A stretch of 64,000 nucleotides of DNA, from the NCBI GenBank assembly GCA_951406725.2, contig OX597829.1, forward strand, positions 41,292,001 to 41,356,000. The letters run 5' to 3'. This stretch comes from Octopus vulgaris. Its lineage: Eukaryota. The notes under the pieces are model-generated. The model was not told where the DNA came from. It did not search any database and saw nothing but the letters and a program-made list of their open reading frames with translations. The position numbers and the translations under genes are program-made. This document shows, piece by piece, positions 1 to 11,904 of this stretch (its first letter is position 1; every line of letters starts with the position of its first letter).

Positions 1-1
1 C

Positions 2-85
2 CTGTATATGCCACACACTCATCCCATCCTGGTCGCCGCCAAGCTGCCTCACGTGTTTCCTTCCTCGTCTGGAGGTCTTCATATG
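2..85 (-). CDS. NIPSNAP: NipSnap exon 9 (gene continues beyond the left edge)
   Basis: cttcattag|CA...ACA G|g, 84 nt; (A)[27 protein letters not shown]; only the first base of the donor is in the window. Confidence 0.95.
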
Positions 86-451
86 CTAATGAAGTTATAA
101 AAATGAAAATAATCAACAGAAGATAATTGCCGACAGTACATTCGTCACTGCATAAAAGCATGCATGGGTTATTAGGTAAGAAAACAAGGCAATGAAATAA
201 GCAAGGAATAAATAAATACAAGTCGGAAGGACAGCACAAATTAATGCATTAACAGTGAGGATTTAACAAATTAGGACAAGCCAGAAGCATGGTTATATGC
301 AGAAAATATGGTAAACAAAAATGTAGGATGAGACTTCGGTTAGAAAAGAATTTTCAGAAAAAAGCAATGCAGTGAAGAGAAGCAGTTAGTAAGAGAAAGA
401 ATATGCATGCTTGCATGTATATGGTTGTGTGTGTGTTTGCGTGTTACATAC

Positions 452-537
452 CCCACAAATGGTGCACATTGTACAGTGTCCCAAGATGGCTGAACAAGCC
501 AGCTACAGCCCCAGGTCGGTGCCGAATGCCGCGCGCC
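452..537 (-). CDS. NIPSNAP: NipSnap exon 8b (duplicated, alternative to 8a)
   Basis: atacgttcag|G...G|gtatgt, 86 nt, phase 2->1; ARGIRHRPGAVAGLFSHLGTLYNVHHLW; no stop; clearly homologous to 8a. Confidence 0.9.
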
Positions 538-856
538 CTGAACGTATATAAACGGGAAAAAGACCACATAGACAAAAAAGTGAACATTGGTGTAATAAGT
601 GCTCTTAACTGTGCTTCTTGGGCAATGAGTATATGTATGTAGATATATAAAATCTATGTGTATACAAATATATATATATATATAAATATATATATCGAAA
701 TCGATCAAAAACCAATGGAAATTGTAGTTGTGATACCAGTGCCGGTGGCACATAAAAAGATCCATCCAAACATGGCTGTTGCCAGCGCTGCCTCGACAGG
801 CCTCTGTGCCGGTGGCACGTAAAAAGCACCAATCGATCTTGGCCGTTGCCAGCCTG

Positions 857-1060
857 TAAGTTAAAGGTTGAGTAGAACAATGAGCTCAGTTCTCAGCATT
901 TTCCTGTTTATATAAGTCCTCCAAGCCTTAACAGAGGAATTTAAGACTGGCTGTCCCTGGGAGTTCCTTTATGTTGATGACCTTGTCCTTACAGCTGAAT
1001 CACTATGTGACCTCCTAGAGAAGAATTTTCAGGTGTGGAAGCAAGGCCCGGAATCTACAA
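857..1060 (+). mobile_element. Short RTE RT-core fragment
   Basis: LQALTEEFKTGCPWEFLYVDDLVLTAES, homologous to 54354-54463. Confidence 0.8.
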
Positions 1061-1558
1061 AGCATAAGTTCCTTCAGGGAGATGACACTGCTCCATATGT
1101 AAGAAGGGTGTTGGTAGGAACTCCATTTGTTGTACTCAGTGCAAGCTTTTACCTCTCTTTTATTCAAATATTTCATATTATACTTATTAAGGTACAAGTC
1201 TTGCTGACCAGCCCATTATTACTGTTTTTAACAGAAATAATGTTTCATATAGTTGCTTTTTTATTGTTTACGATAATTTTCTCTTTTAACAGAGCAGAAT
1301 GTTTAAAGTTTGAAATGTACACGAGTTGATGTAGTGAATATTTTTAAAATGAAGATTGCAAAGCATGTTTCTCATGCACAGCATGAAATCAATTGATATT
1401 GGGATATGTAAACTACCTTCAAATTCAATCCTGAAGGTAGGCCTATTTCTTGAAGTGTTCATTGCATTGCTCATGTGTGTATTTATTTATTGTAGGATTG
1501 GTGGTTTCTGAAGCTTTTGCTTTCATCTTTGGCAATCGGTATTTTTACCCTTCTTTTA

Positions 1559-1595
<37 letters not shown>

Positions 1596-1861
1596 TAGAA
1601 TTAACAAATTATTTTATACTGTATATATGTATGTTATTATGGTTATAGTTTTGATGATTGAATAAGGCGACATTATAATATCCTAAAGCTGATAAACCAA
1701 TTAATGTGTTTCTCCATTTTCTTATTTGTATTATATATATATATATACACACACACATATATCATATATATTTATATATATAAATATATATCATATATAT
1801 TTATATGTATAAATACATCATATATATTCATATGTATAAATATATCATATATATGATATAT

Positions 1862-2437
1862 ACAGCTATGGTGTGACCTCACCTGGAATTTGCATTACCC
1901 CTGTCTTGCCCAGATATTAATCGTCAGGAAACTGTTCAGTGATGGGCAACCAAGAGAATACCCTCCATCAGGCTTTTGCCATATTCTGAACACCTTACTT
2001 CCCTGGGCATGGACACATTGAAACTCCGACGTCTGGCAGCTGACTTGGCAGATACCCATAAAATTATTAACCATCATACAAACAATAACTCTGAGCACCT
2101 TTTCAAACTCCACCTCTCTAACACCCATGGACATGTTTACAAAGTCAGAAAACAGCACAGCTCCCATGATTTTCGGAAACATTTTTTCACGCTAAGAGTT
2201 ACTGAATTACGGAACAAACTGCTGGCATCAGTTGTTAGTTGTTGGAGCACTGCATCCTTCAAAACTGAGATTCGCCAACACTACACCTGATTTTCTCCAC
2301 TCCATGCACACGCAAGCATGTATCTGACTCATACACTGTTCACTTCCCAGACATTTGTACATTACTGCATATGCTTTATATGCACTTTTGACAAGTTGTG
2401 GTGCACCGGAGCACTGTATACAATAATTTCATAAAAT
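1862..2437 (+). mobile_element. CR1/L2-group LINE 3' fragment
   Basis: PYSEHLTSLGMDTLKLRRLAADL...THGHVYKV...RKHFFTLRV...NKL, a typical CR1-group C-terminus. Confidence 0.85.
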
Positions 2438-2723
2438 TATATATACATATATCATATATGCATACACATATATCATATATACATACACATATATCACATA
2501 TACATATATCACATATATATATATATATACATATATCATATATATATACACATATATCATATATATATATATACATATATCATATATATATATACACACA
2601 TAAATACATATCCACATCTATATACACATATACATATATATATGCACAAACAGATATATACATATACAGATAAATATATACACACACATATATACATATA
2701 TACATACACATATATATACACAC

Positions 2724-2766
<43 letters not shown>

Positions 2767-2917
2767 CATATATATAAACACAGACATATGTATATACACA
2801 TATATATACACACAAATATGTATATATATATATACATATATGTATATACATGTAGATATATATATATACTTATATATATATATACGTATATACATATATA
2901 TATACGTATATACATAT
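2438..2917. repeat. Compound (TA/CA) microsatellite; similar tracts at 3763-4000, 49484-49790, 61455-61540, 62288-62383 and many others
   Basis: Direct inspection; these tracts produce the YI/HT-rich spurious ORFs. Confidence 0.95.
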
Positions 2918-4449
2918 AGTGAGAATTTACAGAAAAACAAAAGACGAAGACAGCTGTGTAAACAACAAACAGATGTTTAACGCTTGGGAGGTGAGAAAGT
3001 CTTTTACTTTTCGAGCCTACACTCTTCAACAGAAAGGAAAACAGAAATATACAGGGTGAGTAAATAGAAAAAGGTATAGTGGATAGCGATCTATCATGGC
3101 AAATGCTGGACAGAGGGGTCACACAGGAGAGCTAGGAAGAAGGGGAGATAAGGTAGTGGTGATCCCAAAACGAAGGTGTGCATGCCTATGTGAGAACGTG
3201 TATGTATGTGTGGAAGGGGACTGGTGACCTTGACATGTGCATGTGTAGGTGCTTAGAAGTGGTCAGTGCTAGTGTGTGCAGGGTGGTGTGGTTGTGTTGG
3301 AGTGTGGAAGAGGTGAGAGTGGGGGAAGCAAGGGTGGGGTCTAAGGGATATATATATATTTATACATATATATACTCATATATATATATATATATAATTT
3401 ATAAATGAGGGTGAAAAAATACTTTTGGCGGGGGAATTTGAATCATAGCTACTAATGCAATTGATTGAACCGCACGTGTATTTTGGCGCTGCGTCGAAAT
3501 ATAATGAGCAATTTAATAAATTGTATTTAAGACGAACTCCTGCTGATGATTTATGGATGCTGTGTAAGTAAAATTGCATTTACATTAATAATGAAACAAT
3601 TGTTCAGAGTTAATCTATTTTTTTCTTGTTATTTTTCACTTGCACCACGGTAAATGTTGTGTTATTTCTCCTCGGAAACAATTTTTTAGTGGCTATACCA
3701 TAGTGGATCTATTTTTAGCCCTAGAGTAGACCACATAGTGGTTGCTCTCTCATATTTATGTATTATATATATATACATATATATACATACATATATATAT
3801 ACATACATATACATATATATATACATACATATACATATATATATATATACATACATATACATATATATATATATACATACATATATATATACATACATAT
3901 ACATATATATATATATACATACATATACATATATATATATATACATACATATACATATATATATATATATACATACATATGTATATATATATATATACAC
4001 ATAATACAAATAAGAAAATGGAGTAACAGATTCGTTTCAATCATGAATTGGTAATATCTGTAAGTCGATGATTGAAACGAATCTGTTCCTCCATTTTCTT
4101 ATTTTGAATTATGAATTTGAGGTAAAATATTTTACCTTTGCCCATCTAATACAATAAATGAATTAATTTCATTGCGATTATAAGCATTTATGTATTTGCC
4201 TTTTGGGTACTTCACCAGCAGTATATTGGATAACTGATATCCCATATTGGGTTACATTCATAACCCCTATCTCACTTTATACATGCTTCTTCTAGCATGT
4301 AAAAATTACCTGTTAAAGGTAGTTTTCTCTTGTGTTTGAATGTACATTATTTTATTTTGAGAATATGTCATCTATTGACTTTTTATACATGCTAGGCCAT
4401 TGGTGGTGAAATTTCTAAAAATATTCGCCACCCTATATATTTACGAATA

Positions 4450-4514
<65 letters not shown>

Positions 4515-5115
4515 AATAAAATATTAGGGAATAAATCCAAATTTATTGTAAAATATTATATAATATTAATTAGAGACAAAACCACTATTTTGTAAATCAA
4601 ACAAGGAAAGACTTAATCAATACATAAAAAAATTTTAATATAAAGTAAATAAATAAATAAATAAATAAATATTTACTTTATATTAAAATTTTTTATGTAT
4701 TGATTAAGTCTTTCCTTGTTTGATTTACAAAATAGTGGTTTTGTCTCTAATATTATATATATATATACATATATACATCTATAAATACAAGTATATATAT
4801 AGACACACGCACACACATATATATATAGTAACGAGTTATTGTCTGTGTGATTACTGTTATATTCAGTGATTAATGTACCAACTCAGGCAGTGCTTACTGA
4901 GGTATTCACTTAGATCTCTTCAATCTTCATTTCCCTTTACTAATATGGTTTTTTTTTTTACACAGACACAAACCTTCAAATTATTTTTCAAGAGAGAGGT
5001 ATTTAGTCAATTATGCCATCACCCATATTTTTAACATGAAAAAGATGGAAAAGCAAAGTTGACCCCTCAACAGGATATGAACCCAGAACTCCATGCCTTT
5101 TAGGAACAGTATACC

Positions 5116-5521
5116 TATTTCTTTACTACCCACAAGGGGCTAAACACAGAGGGGACAAACAAGGACAGACAAACGGATTAAGTCGATTATATTGACCCCA
5201 GTGCGTAACTGGTACTTATTTAATCGACCCCGAAAGGATGAAGGGCAAAGTTGACCTCAGCAGAATTTCAATCAGAACGTAGCGGCAGACAAAATACCTA
5301 ATTTCTTTATTACCCACAAGGGGCTAAACATAAAGGGGACAAACAAAGGTATTAAGTCGATTACATCGACCCCAGTGCATATCTGGTACTTAATTTATCG
5401 ACCCCGAAAGGATGAAAGGCAAAGTCGACCGTGGCAGAATTTGAACTCAGAACGTAGCGGTAGACGAAATACTGCTAAGCATTTTGCCCGGCGTGCTAAC
5501 GTTTCTGCCAGCTCGCCACCT
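5116..5521 (-). mobile_element. tRNA-derived SINE family A (Nin/Deu-domain-like), dimer
   Basis: Head GGCGAGCTGGCAGAAACGTTAG, B-box GAGTTCAAATTC, core CCTTTCATCCTTTCGGGGTCGATAAATTAAGTACC; TSD AGTATACC. Confidence 0.88.
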
Positions 5522-6743
5522 AGTATACCACTCTGACCTCAATATTTGACAGGTATTTTATTTTAGAAAGAGTAAAAGCAAAGTTGATGTCAGTATGATT
5601 TGAACCCAGAACCTAAAAGGAACTGAGTATATACTGCAAAGCATTTTGTTCAATGCTTTAATGACCCAGCAATTCCACTGCCCAATATCATTTAATATTA
5701 GCATTACATTTCTTTTTTTACCAAGAAATTACCACATTCTCATTTTTGTCTCCAAGTAAAAAGAACCACTGCAATAACATTAACACAAATGCATTATAAA
5801 CATTTTCAAAACACTCAATGATATATATACACATGCACTTATACACTCATTAATATACATGCAATATTATACAGCCCAATATAAAACAACATCAAAATTA
5901 TCACTTTCTGTAATAGTGAAGGTTAAAACATCAGTTTGTTGATATGTGTTGCTCTGCTTATAAATACTGCTTAATCCATTTTAATACCAACATCTGAGAT
6001 CAACTGCAGTTCTTTAACACAAAATTCCCCGTTTTGATGTGTTCATATTTAAATTGAAATCTTCCCTCAATAACTTTTATGCAAGAAATATTTGTTGTGT
6101 ACTTAGCCCAGCTCAATAAAGAACAAGATAAATATTTCACTAAAACCCATGCAAATTCTGGATTATTTTCAAAATTAATCGAAAGTTTATAATTAAATAT
6201 TGAATGTTGTGTTTCGTATCTAAATCAAAACCTTCAATAATTGTAATTCTTGGAGAGACAGAGCTGGTTCTTTTCAAAATTAAATAAAATACATGAAAAA
6301 AAATGGTTTATTAGAAAAATTTGATTGCAACAAAAATATTAATAAATAAACATAATAAAAAGAAGAAAAAAGGTTATCTTCAAAAAGAAAAGGAAAGAAA
6401 CAAAAAAAAAATGGTAAAAATGAGCTAAAAGACAAGAACTGATAAAATATGTTAGAAAGAAGATAATAAAAAAAAAAAATTGAGTGAAAGCAACAAAATT
6501 CTGATAATCTCCAGTGATGAATCTGTAATTGGTAGATTTTTTTTTTTTTTTCCCATTTCCAATATAAGAACTTGTAGGGTTCCAGCAGCGGTAGAAATGG
6601 GAGATAGTGAAAGAGAGAGAAGGGGAAGCAGAGTTAACTAGACCTTAAATTTATAAACCATATGAAAATAAAGGCTTCTGCAGTTTCAGGGCTTCTAACA
6701 AGGGAAATAATGTGTGTGTGTGTGTGTAAACACACATACATAC

Positions 6744-6791
<48 letters not shown>

Positions 6792-7885
6792 CATATATAA
6801 CATGTATGTATATATAAAAAATACATAATATGAAAATATATATATATATATATTATATTTTATGTATGTATAATGTGTAAGATATATATAATATGCATAA
6901 TAAAATAAAGAATGAGAAAAATAATCTGTATTATTTCAGAAACTTAATGTGTGAATTTGTGGGTATAGATTGATCTCGTTTTTGTTTCTCTGTCTCATAT
7001 TAAGAAACATTTCTTGCACATCTCCCTCACCAGCCTCTGAGTCAATGCCTTTTCCATTTTGTCTGCTGAGGCCATGAGAAATGTCTTTTTTTTTTTTTAA
7101 TAAAGGATATACAAAATGTATAAGAGGTGAGAGATAGAATTTTGAAATGAAGCAAGACGACAAGATTACATGAGGAAGATTAGAAAAAGAAAAACAAAGA
7201 GAAAATTCTTAAGCAATGCAAAAAAACATTGAAACAATGTGAAGCAAACTGCTTTTAGAATAGCACAGATCTACCTTGGCAAAAAAAAGCAACACCACAC
7301 TATGAAATATAAAAAAAAACAATCTAGCATCACCGGCAACATTATGAATATGCATTTGTATGTATATAAATAACATATATTATAAAATATACATATTATA
7401 TATATGTATGTACTAACATGTAAATATATACATATATACATTTTCATATATTATAGAACATAATGTATTTTATATAGACATATTTGTAACAAATATATAT
7501 GTATACAAAAATGTATAAGTGTATATCATATATATAAATATATATATATATGTACACATACACACACGTTATATAATATACGTGTATATCTACACACACA
7601 TATGTACTGTGTTTTTATATATAAATATGAACATTTTCCCTTAAACTTTGGTGTGTGTGCGTGTGCAACCTTCTCTTCCCATTGCTTAACATCTAGTGTT
7701 AGTTTATTTACATCCCTGTAACTTAGTGGTCCAGCAAAAGTGTACTAGGACCAATTTGTTTGACCAAAACTTTAAACGCTGTGCCTCCAGCATGGCCGCA
7801 AGTCAATGACAGGAACAAATTTTTTTGTTGATTGTTTCCAGTATTATGACATATGAATGATATCTGTTATTAAGATATTCTTTTC

Positions 7886-8296
7886 TACTCTAGGCACAAG
7901 GCCCGAAATTGTGAGGGAGGGGGGGCAGTCAATTAGATCGACCTCAGTACGCAACTGGTACTTAATTAATCGACCCTGAAAGGACGAAAGGCAAAGTCGA
8001 CCTTGGCGGAATTTGAACTCAGAACATAAAGACAGACGCAATACTGCTAAGCATTTCGCCCGGTGTGCTAACATTTCTGACAGCTCACTGCCTTAGGCAC
8101 AAGGCCCGAAATTTTGAGGGAGGGGGGGCAGTCAATTAGATCGACCCCAGTACACAACTGGTACTTAATTAATCGACCCTGAAAGGATGAAAGGCAAAGT
8201 CGACCTCAGCAGAATTTGAACTGAGAACGTAAAGACAGACTAAATACGGCTAAGCATTTTGCCCAGTGCGCTAACATTTCTGACAGCTCGCTTCCT
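7886..8296 (-). mobile_element. SINE family A variant, tandem pair
   Basis: Same head and core with an alternative tail (TTTCGGGCCTTGTGCCTA). Confidence 0.85.
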
Positions 8297-8605
8297 TAAA
8301 ATATTAAAGGATGAGTGTTTATTCCAGTTCTGATGTTTTCTTAGTTTCTTTTCCATGTTCTCGTAGTTGGTTTGTTTACATTAAATGTTTTTCAATTTTT
8401 TAGTTTTTTTTTCTTAATCCTTTCCAATATAAAAATAAATTACCATTTCCATAGAAGTAAAGAAGTAGACCGTCTTGACAACATAAGCTCTATTATTAAA
8501 ACTGGAAATAGTGTAGAGTATGGTCAGTGTTCTTCACAATTATTAAAAGGAGACAGAATGCTAAAATCATCCTTCTCTACACTTGGAACGAAGAAATATA
8601 TATAT

Positions 8606-8957
8606 ATCGCCATGATAGATCATTAGCCACTACACACATTTTTTTCTCTCCTTGTTTTTTGTGTCCCTTTCTGTAGAAGAGCGTAGGCTCGAAACGTAAA
8701 AGACTTTTTCTATTCCTGAGCGTTATACTAATACATCTGTTTGTTTTGTACACCACCTGTCTTCATCTTTTCGAAATGTAAAAGACTTTTTGTATTCCTG
8801 AGCGTTATACTAATACATTTGTTTGTTTTGTACACCACCTGTCTTCGTCTTTTCGAAACGTAAAAGACTTTTTTCTATTTCTGAGCGTTATACTAATACA
8901 TCTGTTTGTTTTGTATACCACCTGTTTTCGTCTTTTGTTTTTTTCTAAACTCTCCCT
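8606..8957 (+). repeat. Dispersed repeat (possibly a Penelope-like terminus) with an internal ~82-bp triplication; other copies at 2918-3100 (-), 38897-39077, 48408-48592
   Basis: GAAGAGCGTAGGCTCGAAACGTAAAAGACTTTT...CCTGAGCGTTATACTAATACATCTG; unit occurs three times in 8690-8935. Confidence 0.7.
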
Positions 8958-9641
8958 GTGTGTGTGTGTATGTGTATGTGTGAATGAAAACCAAACATAC
9001 TGAAACTGGTTAAGTGAAATTGTTTTAAGAACCATCTAAACCAATTGAAACTGTTCTTATGTATATATAAAAACACACACATACATGCATGTGTGTGTGT
9101 GTATATACATGTATGTATATATGATACATAAATATATACAAACACACATGCACATCCCCTAACATTCATGCATACTCACACACAAGTAGACTATCTTAAT
9201 ACTAAACAAAGCTGGAGCAGAATGCATATCAGAAAAGAAATATTAATGAAAAAATTTTTTTTTTAATTCCATCCATTTATAAAGAAGATAAAAACGGCTA
9301 TATTTATTGCAAGCAATGGAAGCCGCAATTGAAAACAGCAGCATGCAAGTAGAGATATACCCCTTTGACACAAAGAGAGTGTGTGGGGGGTGACATCTAC
9401 TTCTACACTACAAATGAGGGGGTGGAGGTAAAGCTGTAACAGTGCTAATTAATTAACTAATTAAAAGAAAGAATGCACCCGTTAGAGACATATACACACA
9501 AACATACATGGAAATGGTGCACTGTGTACAGTTAGAGGTATTTGAAAAAAAAAAAAGAAATTAAAATCTATCTCCGCCCCACACATTGCTGGTGTAGGCA
9601 AATCTGCAGTGCACAGTGCAGTCGTGCAGAGGGAAACTTAC

Positions 9642-9736
9642 CCCACAAGTGGTGAGCTGTATACAGGTGTCCGATGGACGAAAAGAAGCCTGCAACGGCT
9701 TCATTGTTGGTGCGCCGATGCTGGATACCACGAGCC
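9642..9736 (-). CDS. NIPSNAP: NipSnap exon 8a (one of two homologous exons)
   Basis: ctcctgctag|G...G|gtaagt, 95 nt, phase 2->1; [31 protein letters not shown]. Confidence 0.95.
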
Positions 9737-10143
9737 CTAGCAGGAGAATTGCAGAGAGGAGAGGTGGGCAAGGTTTCTTAAAAAAAACATGTATAAATTT
9801 TCACATGTGCACAAGAACAACAAAACCAAAACCAAAACATTTTAACCTTAACGTGAAAAAAGGAACAAAACAAATAAATAAATAAATACAAATTGCATGT
9901 ACATACTTACGCATACATGAAATCCATTTCATAAAACGATGAACATATAATATGTTTAAAAAAATCAAAAACTAGCCCTTACTGTTGAGTAGTGGAAGCT
10001 GTCTGTGACTGATATTGAAGCCTTGATGTGAATATAGCAACTTAACTTTTGGCATTTGAGAGCGATATCTATAACATGAAAGTTCAAAGGAGGTCAAACT
10101 GAAGATATTAACTCCACCACAACTAACACCACCAAAAATATAT

Positions 10144-10359
10144 GTTTCTTTATTCCCACAAGGGGCTAAACACAGAGGGGACAAACAAACGGATTAAGTA
10201 AATTATATCGACCCCAGTGCGTAACTGGTACTTAATTTATCGACCCTGAAAGGATGAAAGGCAAAGTCGACCTCGGCGGAATTTGAACTCAGAACGTAGC
10301 GGCAGACGAAATACTACTAAGCATTTCACCCGGCGTGCTAACGTTTCTGCCAGCTTGCT
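10144..10359 (-). mobile_element. SINE family A
   Basis: Family match; TSD ACCAAAAATATAT. Confidence 0.9.
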
Positions 10360-10597
10360 ACCAAAAATATATCTTTACCTTTAAATTTCCCCTTTGAAAA
10401 CTTCTAATAATAGTTACTTTGAGTCTGATGCCAAACTTACATGGAATAAAGCAGAATGAAAAAAATATACACGTAGAAGGAAAGCTGAACAATTACTAGT
10501 GATATTCTCAGACGGCCTGGTAGTTATTCCTGATGATGTTAGCTGAGCTGTGATCATGTAGAATAAAGTGTTCAGTCAAGAAACACATTGACATATC

Positions 10598-10897
10598 ACC
10601 GTGACCAACCAGGCTATCAGATGTTGCTACACATCGCTAGTCACAATACGCTTCGCATTGTTTTAGCCTTCGAATAACGCCACCCCGCTGGCTAAGCGAG
10701 CAGGCCAACAGACGAAAGAGTGAGAGAAAGAGTGGTGAAAGAGTACAGCAGGGATTGCCACCACCCCCTGACGGAGCCTCGTGGAGCTTTAGGTGTTTTC
10801 GCTCAATAAACACACACAACGCCCGGTCTGGGAATCGAAACCGCGATCCTACGACCACTAGTCCGCTGCCCTAACCACTGGGCCATTGCGCCTCCAC
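10598..10897 (-). mobile_element. tRNA-derived SINE family B (other copies at ~17800-18110, 57127-57442)
   Basis: Head GGAGGCGCAATGGCCCAGTGGTTAGGGCAGCGGAC...GGTTTCGATTCCC (A and B boxes). Confidence 0.85.
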
Positions 10898-11904
10898 ACA
10901 TTGAGATATAAGCTGTTGAAAATGAATTCAAAGAACTATGAGCTGGTAGCAGTCTAATACTCCATCAACTCAGCCAATTTGTTTCTTTAAGAGGAAACAA
11001 TTATATTTTGTTCCTGTATTTTTAAATGAATGAAAGAAAACTTTATCTGTATTTTTCCTATGAGGAAGACACCATAGACAACTAGAAACATCTAAAAAAA
11101 AATCGTAGATAAGTGAAGCAGGCTAGTAAAGGGGGAGAGGATCAAGGAAGAGGACGGCAATGTTTTGATACCCAAAAGTTTGGCAGCAAGAAGGTTAACC
11201 AAAACATAATTACGAACATCCAGTAACATCCTACCCGTACCCCTTCTCAGATAAAATACCATCATAGATGATTTGGTATCTGTATTTCCTAGAGCAAAGT
11301 GAACTGAAGTAGAACTAATTATCATGACATGCAACAAAACAATACCAATAAAATAGGAATTCCCTTAATTTTTTTTTAAAAACCCAATAAAAGAATATCC
11401 TATGAAGTCAGCTATTTTCTTTATATTCTCATACTTATAATAATATTTCTGTATTTAACCCTAGGTCAAATTTGATTGAGCAGATTTTTCTATGATCAAA
11501 TACATTTCAGCTTTGACCATTCTGTGTTTTCTTTGGGATTACGTTTACCAATGTATCTTTCCTAAAGATTTGGTTGCTATTTCAAATAGCTGAAGTGACA
11601 ACATAGCAGCTTCTTTTCGCTAATGATGTTGGTTAGTTGTGTAATACTGATGGGCCATGTCATCTTCTATTGTATATCTGCTCAGTTAATGGGTTGCTAT
11701 CAAAGGCCTGATGAATTGTTGGGTCACCTCTGAAGAACTACTGGGTCATTGGGTTACTGCTTAAGGCCTGCTATGTCATTTAATTTACTTTACATGTTTT
11801 GCTTCAAGGGAGAAGTACTTTCAAGTGATCCCCACATCCCTAATAGCCTTATTTAGGCCCACACGATAACTTGAACAGAGCACCCTCATCCAACAAAACG
11901 GCCG

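Noticed and set aside
2376-4054. Many long ORFs rich in Y/I/H/T/C/V (also 49382-49896, 62199-62488)
   Set aside because: They are translations of (TA)n/(CA)n microsatellites, which lack stop codons.
6500-6640. Pyrimidine tract plus AG and a TCCCATTTC/GAAATGGGA hairpin between exons 8a and 8b
   Set aside because: No downstream donor or meaningful peptide; the sequence runs into a poly-A tract.
8690-8935. Regularly spaced repeats superficially like a CRISPR array (also the RTE 3' UTR units)
   Set aside because: Eukaryotic context, head-to-tail tandem units without unique spacers, and no cas genes.
9568-9771. 67-aa ORF covering exon 8a treated as a standalone gene
   Set aside because: Only 9642-9736 is homologous to NipSnap; the rest is intron read-through.
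10820-10897. tRNA-like sequence with A and B boxes
   Set aside because: It is the head of a multi-copy SINE and continues into SINE body sequence; not a tRNA gene.
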